A DNA stretch of 63,920 nt from a virus. The notes beneath the pieces are model-generated. The model was not told the origin of the DNA. It saw only the letters and a list, made by a program, of their open reading frames with translations, and made no database searches. Where the stretch lies: positions 1 through 63,920 of IMG/VR virus record IMGVR_UViG_3300010222_000003; one strand, given 5' to 3'. Shown here one piece after another: positions 1 to 8,605 of this stretch (position 1 is the first letter of the stretch; each line of letters begins with the position of its first letter). The position numbers were made by a program, and so were the translations under genes.

Positions 1-181
1 GGGTCATTAGAAACCAGCAAAAGTTTCTGGTTCATAGACTCGGATTCTGGGAACCAGATTCTCCTTTCTTGTAGCAACCAAAATCGGTATGATAAGCCGG
101 AAGCCTTTGCCGGTACATAGAAGAAACCAGGCGCTCAGGGCCTGAGCGCCTAAAGTAGTAGTAATTAATCTGGTAGGTCGG
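1..181 (-). repeat. Structured intergenic element, copy A (five-member family; candidate ncRNA or 5' leader)
   Basis: Aligns by eye over ~180 nt with 60364-60543(+), 46729-46908(-) and 56418-56589(+). AT box 152-181, perfect 10-bp hairpin 129-151, inverted arms 97-114 / 13-33, invariant core 66-84. On the minus strand it points through the circular junction at the gene starting at 63798. Confidence 0.9.
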
Positions 182-227
182 GTAATCGGAGCGGCGGCCC
201 TGGATTCGACGGAACCAGCAACACCTC

Positions 228-251
228 TGCGCTGAATGTTTATTCAGCGCA
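228..251. repeat. T2 palindrome copy 1 (TGCGCTGAAT-GTTT-ATTCAGCGCA)
   Basis: 10-bp perfect arms. One of seven copies of the same palindrome. Confidence 0.85.
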
Positions 252-280
252 CGAAGCAACGGCTCAAAACCGAACTGTCC

Positions 281-317
281 AAAAAAGCAGCACCCAGGCG
301 CTACGAAGTAGCGCCTT
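281..317 (-). terminator. Hairpin plus T6 tract after CDS 317-589
   Basis: Minus strand reads GGCGCTAC-TTC-GTAGCGCC, abutting the stop codon, followed by TGGGTGCTGC and TTTTTT. Confidence 0.6.
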
Positions 318-589
318 TAGACTCCGAGCCGTCGGAGCCCGAAGTAGGCGAAGAGTGTGAAGAGGACTACGGCAAAGGCCATGACGCCGGGTTCAACGCC
401 CGCAGGCCGTGCGCCTGCTAACACGTTAACAAACGTCACGCCAATGGCTGTAGCCAAAACCGTGCGGATCAGCAAACGTACGACAAAGCGCGTCCTGCTG
501 AATCGTCGGCTTCCGCTGCTTTCGCTGCTGGTTTGTTCTGCTGTTTGTTCACCGGGTGTTTCGTCGCGTTGTGGCTGTTCTGTAGCCAT
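317..589 (-). CDS. Small membrane protein, hypothetical
   Basis: 90 aa with an acidic N-terminus and two hydrophobic helices. A terminator-like hairpin follows directly. Confidence 0.55.
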   Translation of the reverse strand: MATEQPQRDETPGEQTAEQTSSESSGSRRFSRTRFVVRLLIRTVLATAIGVTFVNVLAGARPAGVEPGVMAFAVVLFTLFAYFGLRRLGV

Positions 590-658
590 ACCTACCCCTT
601 CGGACCGGCACCTAATAACTCTTCCTGCCGGTAATAGTCTTTTACGGTAGTAAAAGAC

Positions 659-1039
659 CTAAAAGAGGCTGGTTTCCAGGTCCCACTGACAAGACATTGG
701 GCTTCCGATGTCTTCATAATCGATATTGTAGTGTAGTACCAGCGTCTCCGTGTGTCCGGGGCCGACTGTTTCCTCGGTTTCTGCGGCCTCGGTGCAATGG
801 CCGGATTCTACCCGAACGGACATTTCAAACGACACGTCCCGGCGGACAAAGCCCTGGTTGCGCACGTCTACCAGGACCATGATTCCGGCCCCGTTCCGTT
901 CGTAGTCGATTTCTTCGATTTGCACGGGTCCGTCGGACCATTTGCTTTCGGCTTCGCCGATTCCGACCATGTGACTGATCGCAGGGCCAGCGGCGGCACT
1001 GTAGGCGATTCCTTTCGATAGTTCGCGACGAGTAATCAT
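659..1039 (-). CDS. Hypothetical secreted protein (twin-arginine-like signal)
   Basis: 126 aa. The N-terminus MITRRELSKGIAYSAAAG resembles a Tat signal. No family recognised. Confidence 0.55.
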   Translation of the reverse strand: MITRRELSKGIAYSAAAGPAISHMVGIGEAESKWSDGPVQIEEIDYERNGAGIMVLVDVRNQGFVRRDVSFEMSVRVESGHCTEAAETEETVGPGHTETLVLHYNIDYEDIGSPMSCQWDLETSLF

Positions 1040-1076
1040 ATGATTTTGTTAATCGCGGCTGTAAATAAATCTGTGG

Positions 1077-2102
1077 CTAAGAGCCCGCGATTGAACCTGT
1101 AGGAACTACAACACAACGGCACTGGGGGTGTGTGCTAACAGGTGGCATGTAATCCCCGGGGTTGTTCCGAACCTGGGTAACCGTGTATGTAGAACCCGCC
1201 AAAGCCCGACATTCGGGACACACACGAAGATCCCCTGCGGTTACGTGTTCCAAAATCTTCTGCGATTGACCTGCCGGCCCGTCGGGGCTACTCCGGGTTC
1301 CTTCGGGCCTGATTCCCACTTCGGCTTCGGGTCCGAACCATTCGCCGTAGACTTCGGCCGCAGTGCGGTTGTGGGCATACAGAACCTCGGTTCGGGCTAT
1401 CAGTTCCGCGCGCCACCGCCCGATGCCTCGGATTCGCCCGTTGATTTCGGTGGCTATGTCCCGCGGGTTTTCCCCACGGAGTTTGCCCATTGTTAACTCG
1501 TTTCGTAACTCTTCGGCCATGTCCTCGGTAACGTCCTGTAGCTGCTGGTAGTTCCGGTCGTATAGTTCTGTTAGCAGGCGGGTTCGTGTGGCGCGGGGCA
1601 ACACGCCGTCGGTTTCTTCGGCGGCGGGGACATCGATGCCTTGGTTCTGTAGTTCGGCAACGGCAAAGTTTTCGCCTTTGTTCACCGCTGAGCGAATGTA
1701 TTTAGCCGTGTAGTGCTGTCCTAAGCGGATTTGTTCGTCGGACGTGGCTTCCAAAACGCCGGCTTCGGCTTGGTTTTCGAACCAGGTTATGAAGGCGTCG
1801 AATCGTTGCCCTGGCGAACCGGTGAAGTAGTCCCTCGGGTTGAAGTCTTCTTGTGCTAAGGCGGCCGAAGACGGATTAGATTGCCCTGGTAGCGGTTCCA
1901 GGTCTTCTATGCCGAGTGCATCGTTCGCGGCTACGGTTTCCCTAACAGCGCTGATTAGCGCGTCTATGCGGCGCGTCAAAGCCGGGCGGTACTTCCGTTC
2001 TCTGAGCGTAGTCGTGTTGCTCGGATCGCCATTGCTGAGCGCCGCGGTCAAAGACAAATCAGAAACGTTGTAATCGGCGGAACTGCCGGAAGCTACTGAC
2101 AT
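1077..2102 (-). CDS. Minor head / head morphogenesis protein (SPP1 gp7 / Mu F-like)
   Basis: 341 aa with an IARTEVLYAHN motif and a C-terminal CPEC...HPQCRC cluster typical of this family. Lies in the packaging module downstream of the portal gene. Confidence 0.75.
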   Translation of the reverse strand: MSVASGSSADYNVSDLSLTAALSNGDPSNTTTLRERKYRPALTRRIDALISAVRETVAANDALGIEDLEPLPGQSNPSSAALAQEDFNPRDYFTGSPGQRFDAFITWFENQAEAGVLEATSDEQIRLGQHYTAKYIRSAVNKGENFAVAELQNQGIDVPAAEETDGVLPRATRTRLLTELYDRNYQQLQDVTEDMAEELRNELTMGKLRGENPRDIATEINGRIRGIGRWRAELIARTEVLYAHNRTAAEVYGEWFGPEAEVGIRPEGTRSSPDGPAGQSQKILEHVTAGDLRVCPECRALAGSTYTVTQVRNNPGDYMPPVSTHPQCRCVVVPTGSIAGS

Positions 2103-2136
2103 AGATTTATATCAGATGCTGCTGTAGCTAAATATT

Positions 2137-2394
2137 ATGTTACCCGTGTTGTCCGTTGCACCATTGCACTTTTGGCACGCCTTGGGAACCGGTTTGTTTG
2201 TCATTGGCGCTGCTGGCATCGGTATGGCGACGCTGGCCTATGCCTTCTACTGGCTGTTTCGCTTTCTGGCGTTTGTCCGGGACCTGATTGCCGAGAAAAC
2301 GCGGTTGGGTCCGACGGATGCTGGTTTGGTGCTGTTTGTGATTTTGCTCGGGTTGCCCGTAGCGTATTTCGTCGGGCTCGAAATCGTACACTGA
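2137..2394 (+). CDS. Small membrane protein, hypothetical (plus strand)
   Basis: 85 aa with three clear hydrophobic segments. The overlapping minus-strand ORF 2140-2391 is basic and low-complexity, so it looks like a shadow ORF. Confidence 0.45.
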   Translation: MLPVLSVAPLHFWHALGTGLFVIGAAGIGMATLAYAFYWLFRFLAFVRDLIAEKTRLGPTDAGLVLFVILLGLPVAYFVGLEIVH

Positions 2395-2574
2395 CGGCTA
2401 CGGGTAATGCGGAGGAATGTTCCCTCCGACTATCCATTGTGGAATACCGTTCCGGCTACTGTCTTCGCGTTCGACTTCTTCTATTATTTCTACTGCCCGT
2501 TCCAGTTCGTGAAGCTGTAAGTTGCCATTGACATACCTGCGCTTAGCGCACCGTAGCGGCCATGAAGACATTGA

Positions 2575-3099
2575 CTATTCGCTGATTTCCGGGTCCAAAT
2601 CGGGGTCAATACTGGCGGCAACGTGGCGCGCGTTTTCGGCAATCGCGGAGCCCGCGCCGGTAGTCATGCCTGTTTCCGGTTCTTCGGCGTATGCTGATAA
2701 ACGTCGGAGCAACACCGCGGCTTCGTGTTTTTCGTCCCGGTCAACCGGATACTCTTGTTCCCACAGTTCGCCGAAGAGAATCGCGGCGGCTACATATCCG
2801 GTCATGTCGAAGGACCTGGTAAATAGGTTCCCGAGGATCGGAATTTTGCTCAGGATCGGGACGCTGATTGTGACGTTTAGCCGTTTGTCGTCTCCGAGGC
2901 CAAACAGCGTGACTTCCCCGTTTTCGCGCTCTTCGGTATGATCCAGCGCGTCGCGGAAGTAGGCACCGAGGGCGCGGCTTCCGGTGTTGCGGTCGTTTTC
3001 GTACATTTCTACAAAGTCATCGACCGTAGTAATGGCGCGGTCGTTGCCTTGTTCGGAGCGTTCGGTTTTTCCGTTTTCGTAGCCGTTTGTTTCAGTCAT
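2575..3099 (-). CDS. Hypothetical acidic protein
   Basis: Start moved to MTETNGYENG, which gives an ATGA start/stop overlap with the upstream gene (3096-3099). Confidence 0.6.
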   Translation of the reverse strand: MTETNGYENGKTERSEQGNDRAITTVDDFVEMYENDRNTGSRALGAYFRDALDHTEERENGEVTLFGLGDDKRLNVTISVPILSKIPILGNLFTRSFDMTGYVAAAILFGELWEQEYPVDRDEKHEAAVLLRRLSAYAEEPETGMTTGAGSAIAENARHVAASIDPDLDPEISE

Positions 3100-3371
3100 G
3101 GGTGTGCTTCCCGCAGGTCTTTCAGACGAACGAATCGGCCGCACTCGGGACATTCGCCGTCTGAGCCCTTGTATACATAATCGGTAGGGTCGTTATTAAG
3201 GGTTGGCATGAATAAACACGTTATGTCCGCCAGTTTCAGCGGAAAGGCGTTGTGACAGTAGGGGCATTCTTTGATTTTGCCCTTCATGTCCGCTTTGATT
3301 TGGCGACGCTGGCTGTTACCCATCGGGTCGCGTTCCTGCGGGTTGGGTTCGTAGTGCGGCGAATCAGGCAT
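3096..3371 (-). CDS. Zinc-ribbon protein, hypothetical
   Basis: 91 aa with CPYC ... CPEC pairs. An ATTAATA box lies about 24 nt upstream of the ATG. Confidence 0.6.
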   Translation of the reverse strand: MPDSPHYEPNPQERDPMGNSQRRQIKADMKGKIKECPYCHNAFPLKLADITCLFMPTLNNDPTDYVYKGSDGECPECGRFVRLKDLREAHP

Positions 3372-3407
3372 ACCGGGTAGTCGCGCCGGTTCGGGCTATT
3401 AATGCCC

Positions 3408-3428
3408 GGGCGCTGCGTAGCAGCGCCC
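3408..3428 (-). terminator. T1 hairpin copy (GGGCGCTGC-GTA-GCAGCGCCC)
   Basis: 9-bp GC stem abutting the stop of ORF 3429-3653. Confidence 0.6.
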
Positions 3429-3653
3429 TTACGCGCCACATTCCAAGATCGTGTTGCCACAGTCCGCACACACGGTTTTACAGCCGTGTTTTTGCGCAGT
3501 GCCGCCGTCTTTGCATACGAAACAGTCCGGTTCGTAGGTTTGTGCCGACATAGGGATTTTATCGTTGCTGTCTGTCGTACAATAAGCTTCCGGAACCGCC
3601 TTCCGGCAGGGCCGGAAGGCACCGAAGCCTTTATATTCGCCGCCAGTGTACAC
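3429..3653 (-). CDS. Cys-rich small protein, hypothetical (start uncertain; possibly 3551)
   Basis: C-terminal part CFVCKDGG...CKTVCADCGNTILEC. The stop abuts a T1 hairpin. Weak call. Confidence 0.35.
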   Translation of the reverse strand: MYTGGEYKGFGAFRPCRKAVPEAYCTTDSNDKIPMSAQTYEPDCFVCKDGGTAQKHGCKTVCADCGNTILECGA

Positions 3654-3802
3654 GGAATTGGCGCGGGGCGTCGTTGCGTGGAAATCCGGGCGCGTGACGT
3701 GCGCCCGAGGGTTGGAACCCGCAGGCGAAACTTAAACCATTCTCCGCGTCCTGGCACCAATTTGGTGCCAGCACCTCCTTGCAAACCTGAGCTACGCTCA
3801 GG

Positions 3803-5596
3803 TTAGCCGCCTTGGTCTACCCGATCAGACACGTCTCCTTCGGCCGGCGGCCCGGCTTCCCCGTTTTCGTTCGCCGCGTTTCGCATGTTTTGCAACGCTT
3901 CGCTATCCGCGGCTTCGATCGCCGCCGCCACGTCCTGTAGCGCTTCTTCGATTTCGTTAGCATCCAGGTTCAAGTCTTTTTCTAAGACGTGTTCCGGCGG
4001 TAGGAACGAATCGATGCCCGATTGAATGTAGACCTGCCACCCTTTCATGTAATTCAACCATTCCTGAGCGTCAAAGTCTTCGTCGGCTAACGGGCTTTGC
4101 GATTCGTCGGATTCGATCGCATACGTAACCGAGTTAAGCAGTTCGTTGTAGTCGGCACTTCCTTCTTCGGGGCCACTGACTACGCCGCGGCGGAGTAGAT
4201 ACTTCGCCTTTTTGCGGTAGACTTCGGTGTACGACGCCGAAAGGTGGTTCCTGATCCGCTTTACCTGGCGGTTGAATTGCTCGACTCGGGGCTCAGTCAC
4301 GTCCCGGTTTAGGTCGTCTCCGAAGCCAACATATGCTTTGGGAACGTTCATGCCCGTGAAGATCGTTTGAATGGATCGGTCGATCGTTTCGTCTATGTCG
4401 GGGACTTCGGGCGTTTTCGTTTCGGCTTCGACACCGGGGGGCATACCGAAAATCCCGCCGGGCGAATTGAATCCGGAGGAACCGGACCCGCCTTTGTTTG
4501 CCGAACTGTAGTCATTAGTGTAGTCTTCTGTCGCGGCGGTCCCAACACCTTGTGCATCGGCCTGGCGGCTGTATTTCCAGCCGTCGGACCCGGAGCGGCC
4601 GGCCCCCTTTTGCCGCAGCGATTTGATAAAGGCCTGGATTTGCCCGGTTTCCCATTCCAGAATGTCGCCACTCGGCAGTTCTACCTGCTTGAACGTGATA
4701 AACACGCGCGGGTAGGCTAAGTTCTGTAACGCCGCGTTGTAGTCGTCTTTCCGGTTCTGTAGCCTGATCGCTTCCGGAGCTACCGGTTCTACAATTGACA
4801 TGCCCCGGACATCACCGTCTACAGCGCTTTCGTTTCCAAAGTCATAGTTGCCCGTGTGATCGTTCGGAGTGCCATGCATCGGGTTTCGAACGATCTTGGT
4901 CACGTCCCGTTGTGACAGCGGCACATTGCCGCTGCTATCGGCTTGTTTGTTCGACCCGGTTGCATACGTCGAACCCGCAGGAAGCCCCAAGTTCTGTACG
5001 TACGCCGCTGCTTCCCCCCGTGCGGTCCTCGGGACACCACTCGGCAGGTTCTGCCCCGCTTCGTCGGGACGGATCAGGCGCGACGTGTTGGGATAGCATA
5101 AGAAGTCAACCGTAACCGGGTCGATGGACTGAAAGCCAGTGAAGGCATCGGGGTCCGCAGGGTCATCGTAAATGTGTTCTGCTAAGACGGTGCCGGTTAG
5201 GAGGAACGAACGCGCGTCTAACCAAAGCTGGCCGCTGAGCGGTTGATTATATTCCCCGGCGTAGATCGTACATTGCTCTTCCCAGGTCCGCAGCGCTTCG
5301 GTCAAATCATCATCGTCTGTAGTGATTCGACCGCCGGGCCTGGCGACTTCGCCGGCTGTTAAGTCGATTCCGGCGTTGATGTACGGGTCGTGGCGGTACA
5401 GCTTCCGGTATAGCTGTGTCTGATCCTTGTCCGGGGCTTTGCGTTCAACACGCGTGTTGCTTGAAAAAGCGCCGTACCCGTTGCCACTGCGGGTTTGCGG
5501 GTCCGGGATTCCGCCGATGACTTCTTCGGCTTGGTGCGCTAATTCTGCTGTCAGTTCACCCGAGCGCTGTCGAAGTTCATCAATAAGACGTGCCAT
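3803..5596 (-). CDS. Portal protein (putative)
   Basis: 597 aa, immediately downstream of terL on the same strand. Size and position fit a portal. Two hairpins follow the stop. Confidence 0.7.
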   Translation of the reverse strand: MARLIDELRQRSGELTAELAHQAEEVIGGIPDPQTRSGNGYGAFSSNTRVERKAPDKDQTQLYRKLYRHDPYINAGIDLTAGEVARPGGRITTDDDDLTEALRTWEEQCTIYAGEYNQPLSGQLWLDARSFLLTGTVLAEHIYDDPADPDAFTGFQSIDPVTVDFLCYPNTSRLIRPDEAGQNLPSGVPRTARGEAAAYVQNLGLPAGSTYATGSNKQADSSGNVPLSQRDVTKIVRNPMHGTPNDHTGNYDFGNESAVDGDVRGMSIVEPVAPEAIRLQNRKDDYNAALQNLAYPRVFITFKQVELPSGDILEWETGQIQAFIKSLRQKGAGRSGSDGWKYSRQADAQGVGTAATEDYTNDYSSANKGGSGSSGFNSPGGIFGMPPGVEAETKTPEVPDIDETIDRSIQTIFTGMNVPKAYVGFGDDLNRDVTEPRVEQFNRQVKRIRNHLSASYTEVYRKKAKYLLRRGVVSGPEEGSADYNELLNSVTYAIESDESQSPLADEDFDAQEWLNYMKGWQVYIQSGIDSFLPPEHVLEKDLNLDANEIEEALQDVAAAIEAADSEALQNMRNAANENGEAGPPAEGDVSDRVDQGG

Positions 5597-5643
5597 TTAA
5601 CTATAATACCGGGTCGTAGCTAATTAAAAGCCGGCGTTTCCGT

Positions 5644-7110
5644 TTAGCCAACCACTGGTTCGTAGCTGTTAGTCTTGTACGGTCGCGAAGTCGGCTCATA
5701 CCCACCCGCGGCATAGACGGCAATGGCTAAGGCGTCGGGAATGTCATCACCCGTGTTCTTGTCACGATGATACACCTTCGTATGCCCTGCGGGTGTGGTA
5801 GTGTAATCCAGGTCGGTAAGCTGGTTCATCAGCAGCTTGTGCTTCGGCAGGGTCAATGTTCCCTCTTCAAGCCGCTTTTTCAGAATCTGGTACATCTTCG
5901 ACTTGGTAGGCAGGGTCGTAGTGATTTCTCCGACATTCCAAATGTCGTATTCTTCGGCGAAGTCGATAGCCCCCCCGCCTACCCCGTTTCCTTCGACATA
6001 GATTTGATCAGGTCCGTGTTCCTGGTTCATCTGCTTCATAGTGCCTACGATTTCGGGGATCGGAGATTCCTTTTTCGTTTCAAAGACTTTTACAGTACCA
6101 TTTACATCTACAAGGACAGCGGCCATGACATCCGCGCCCCCGCGGGCCGGGTCTAATCCGCCCCAACACGGTTGTAGTAACTCCGGTTCGTCTTCGGCGG
6201 TGTGGACCTGCTGAGATTTTGCCAGGCTATGGTCAATATATACGTCGCCTTCGTCGGTAAATTCGGCCAAAATTTCTTTTTCGAAGGCCGTGCTGTCTAA
6301 TTCCTGCCGCTTCTCTTCGATCCACTCATCGGAAATCATGGGGTTAATCGAAGAGGGCCAGTCGAACCGGAACCACTTAGAATCTATATCCAGCGCGTCA
6401 ATCGACTTTTCGTAGAAGTAGCCCTGTTTCCCGTTTGTAGTACTAAACAGGTAAAACTCGGAAGTCGGAGCTTCGGCCTCTTCGCCGGTAAACGTGGCGA
6501 AATACGGCGTGATAACTTCCGTGTAGATTTTATTACTATTTAGAAACGCCGCTTCGTCTACCATTAGAACCCGCGGGCCGATGCCCCGGATTTGTTTGCC
6601 TTTCTTTCCAGTGGTTTTCGACTGTAGTCGCGACCCTGATTCAAATTCATATTCCCGTTCGTTATCGACTGTAATACCGAAGAAATCGCGATAATCCATA
6701 TCGAAGCGCTCAGGCCACGGGCTGTTTTCGTACCACGAAGTCGCTTCGTCAAACATGTCATCAGCAGTGCGCTGGTAAGGCGCGGCGATAACCGTATCAT
6801 CACCTGCCGCGGCGACTACAGCAGCATCGGCCGCTATCGCCGAACCGGTGTAGGTCTTTCCGCCCCTGCGGCCGATCGGGGACGCAACCCGGGTATGGTC
6901 CGACCATAGGTTGACATCCAGCATTTTGCGCTGGTAGTCGAAGGGTTCGGCGTCGAACAAGACTTGAACGCGCTCCGAACGCGGCAATTTGCGCACGTTC
7001 GCGAAAAACTCAGCTTGGGTTTGCGTATCCGGGTCTAAGACGATGGAATTGTTCGCAATTGCCCGCTCTACAACGGCATCAGAATTCGGTAAGTGGCGTT
7101 GTGTCGGCAT
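5644..7110 (-). CDS. terL: Terminase large subunit
   Basis: 488 aa. Walker A GRRGGKTY, Walker B VLMVDEAAF, and a C-terminal acidic nuclease-like half. Confidence 0.9.
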   Translation of the reverse strand: MPTQRHLPNSDAVVERAIANNSIVLDPDTQTQAEFFANVRKLPRSERVQVLFDAEPFDYQRKMLDVNLWSDHTRVASPIGRRGGKTYTGSAIAADAAVVAAAGDDTVIAAPYQRTADDMFDEATSWYENSPWPERFDMDYRDFFGITVDNEREYEFESGSRLQSKTTGKKGKQIRGIGPRVLMVDEAAFLNSNKIYTEVITPYFATFTGEEAEAPTSEFYLFSTTNGKQGYFYEKSIDALDIDSKWFRFDWPSSINPMISDEWIEEKRQELDSTAFEKEILAEFTDEGDVYIDHSLAKSQQVHTAEDEPELLQPCWGGLDPARGGADVMAAVLVDVNGTVKVFETKKESPIPEIVGTMKQMNQEHGPDQIYVEGNGVGGGAIDFAEEYDIWNVGEITTTLPTKSKMYQILKKRLEEGTLTLPKHKLLMNQLTDLDYTTTPAGHTKVYHRDKNTGDDIPDALAIAVYAAGGYEPTSRPYKTNSYEPVVG

Positions 7111-7784
7111 TACTCGGAGTCCTCAGCTTCTTCGGACTCCGACAGGTCTCTGAAATCCACGTCGATCAGGTCCGAATCCGAAACCTCTTCGTCCGCAAAC
7201 GCTTCGGCCAAAGAATCGCCGTTTAACGCTGATGCTTTCTTGGTTTCAGGGTCATTCAGCAACCCAAGGTCTTTCATCCGCTTAATCACGCTTTCGTTTT
7301 GCTGTCGAATATCATCCAGCAGGATGTTCGGAACATCATCGGAGAAAAGCGTACCTTCTTCGATCCGCTCTTCCTTTTGCACCCAGGTTTGCTTTTTGAC
7401 GTACTTGTACGCACTCGGTATTTGCTCTAAATCAATCGCTATATTCCGAGCGACTTCCCGATCGAACATGTCGGGTTCGCGCCCGTGAATCCGGCGAAAC
7501 CGATCGCACAGGTCTTGGTGCATTTGTTCGATAAATTCCACGTCCGCATTCGGAAAGTTTTGCACATAGTTTTCCCGGTCGCTATACAAACCGTGACGAG
7601 TGGCGTTCTGGTTGCCCTGCTTGGATTTCGCCATACTATCCAGTACGGCCTTTTTCTCTTCTTCGTCCGGGGGGTGGACCGCACAGTAGCCCCGTTCATC
7701 CTCAGAATCAGGCAATCGTTCGCAATATCCGCCGCTTTCTATTTCGAAGCCGCAGCGGCCTTCAATAGGGTGTTCGGAGACCAT
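7110..7784 (-). CDS. Terminase small subunit (putative, positional)
   Basis: 224 aa and acidic. Its stop overlaps the terL start at 7110. The GNQNATRHG motif recalls small-terminase-type proteins. Confidence 0.45.
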   Translation of the reverse strand: MVSEHPIEGRCGFEIESGGYCERLPDSEDERGYCAVHPPDEEEKKAVLDSMAKSKQGNQNATRHGLYSDRENYVQNFPNADVEFIEQMHQDLCDRFRRIHGREPDMFDREVARNIAIDLEQIPSAYKYVKKQTWVQKEERIEEGTLFSDDVPNILLDDIRQQNESVIKRMKDLGLLNDPETKKASALNGDSLAEAFADEEVSDSDLIDVDFRDLSESEEAEDSE

Positions 7785-7809
7785 AGTGTCAGTACCCTAT
7801 TGTTTGGTT

Positions 7810-8301
7810 TTAAGCGGAGTTAAAATTAGTGTTGATCCAATCGCGAAAATCCGCAACGGCGCGGCAATCGGGACACTGATAGCCAAGCGTCTTGTACGGT
7901 AGCGGTTCACCGACTGCCTGTACTTCTTCTTCTATCTTCGGCTCTAAAGAGCCCACACTGCTGATTTCGTAGTCACATTTCGGACAGCGGTCGTTTGTCT
8001 CTTCTAAGGTCTTGTGACACGAAGCGCAAACCGCCGCCAGGTTTTCGCGAAAATGGCTGTCTTCTTCGGCGTCGAAGTAACGCCGCGGAATCAGGTGATG
8101 AACGTGAAGCCGGCCGACTACAGCACTCGGTTCGTTGCAAAGCCGGCATTCCCAACCCGCAGCTTCTTTTTCAGCAGCGCGTAGCGATTCCCAAGATTCA
8201 GGTTCTGGATCAACCCCATGCTCCGAAAAGCAATGACCCCGCATTCTGGGTTTTGACGGGAAAGTCTTATTGCAAACACGGCATTCGTAACTACCAGGCA
8301 T
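7810..8301 (-). CDS. HNH endonuclease with N-terminal C2H2-like zinc finger
   Basis: YECRVCNKTF...HCFSEH finger, HVHHLIPRR...NLAAVCASCH HNH core, and extra CPKC / CPDC pairs. Adjacent to the terminase genes. Confidence 0.85.
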   Translation of the reverse strand: MPGSYECRVCNKTFPSKPRMRGHCFSEHGVDPEPESWESLRAAEKEAAGWECRLCNEPSAVVGRLHVHHLIPRRYFDAEEDSHFRENLAAVCASCHKTLEETNDRCPKCDYEISSVGSLEPKIEEEVQAVGEPLPYKTLGYQCPDCRAVADFRDWINTNFNSA

Positions 8302-8605
8302 GATTAGAATTACGACCCTAATCGAATTAACTCTTTTGACTTGTGTAGTGTTGTACGCAAACTTCCTGTTTGGTACGACGGTAGCGGCGGCTGTAACCGC
8401 CGGAATTATAATCGGACTGACGGTAGAAGCAATCGGAACGGTGTTGGTTTTGCTATGAAGTAGTTTAAAACGCTGGTACTTGGAACCTGCCTGCTGGTTT
8501 TGGCTACAACGTGCGCCATTCTGACAGTCGGCGAAGTGTTCACAATGGGCTTTTTAAGCGGAGTTATCTTCGGCGTGGGTTGTTTAACGCTGATGCTTTT
8601 TGTCG

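Noticed and set aside
1-58. Biological direct terminal repeat.
   Set aside because: Exactly 58 nt of identity at the contig ends, falling in the middle of a repeat element, is more simply an assembly circularisation overlap.
196-216. tRNA-like T-arm (minus strand GGTTCCGTCGAATCCAGG).
   Set aside because: The loop would be 11 nt, and no acceptor or anticodon arms can be drawn around it. I could not support any tRNA in the window by eye; tRNAscan-SE or ARAGORN should still be run.
2140-2391. Minus-strand ORF overlapping the plus-strand membrane ORF 2137-2394.
   Set aside because: It has a basic, Gln/Arg/Pro-rich composition. The plus-strand product has three clean hydrophobic helices. Even so, the plus-strand call is only moderate in confidence.
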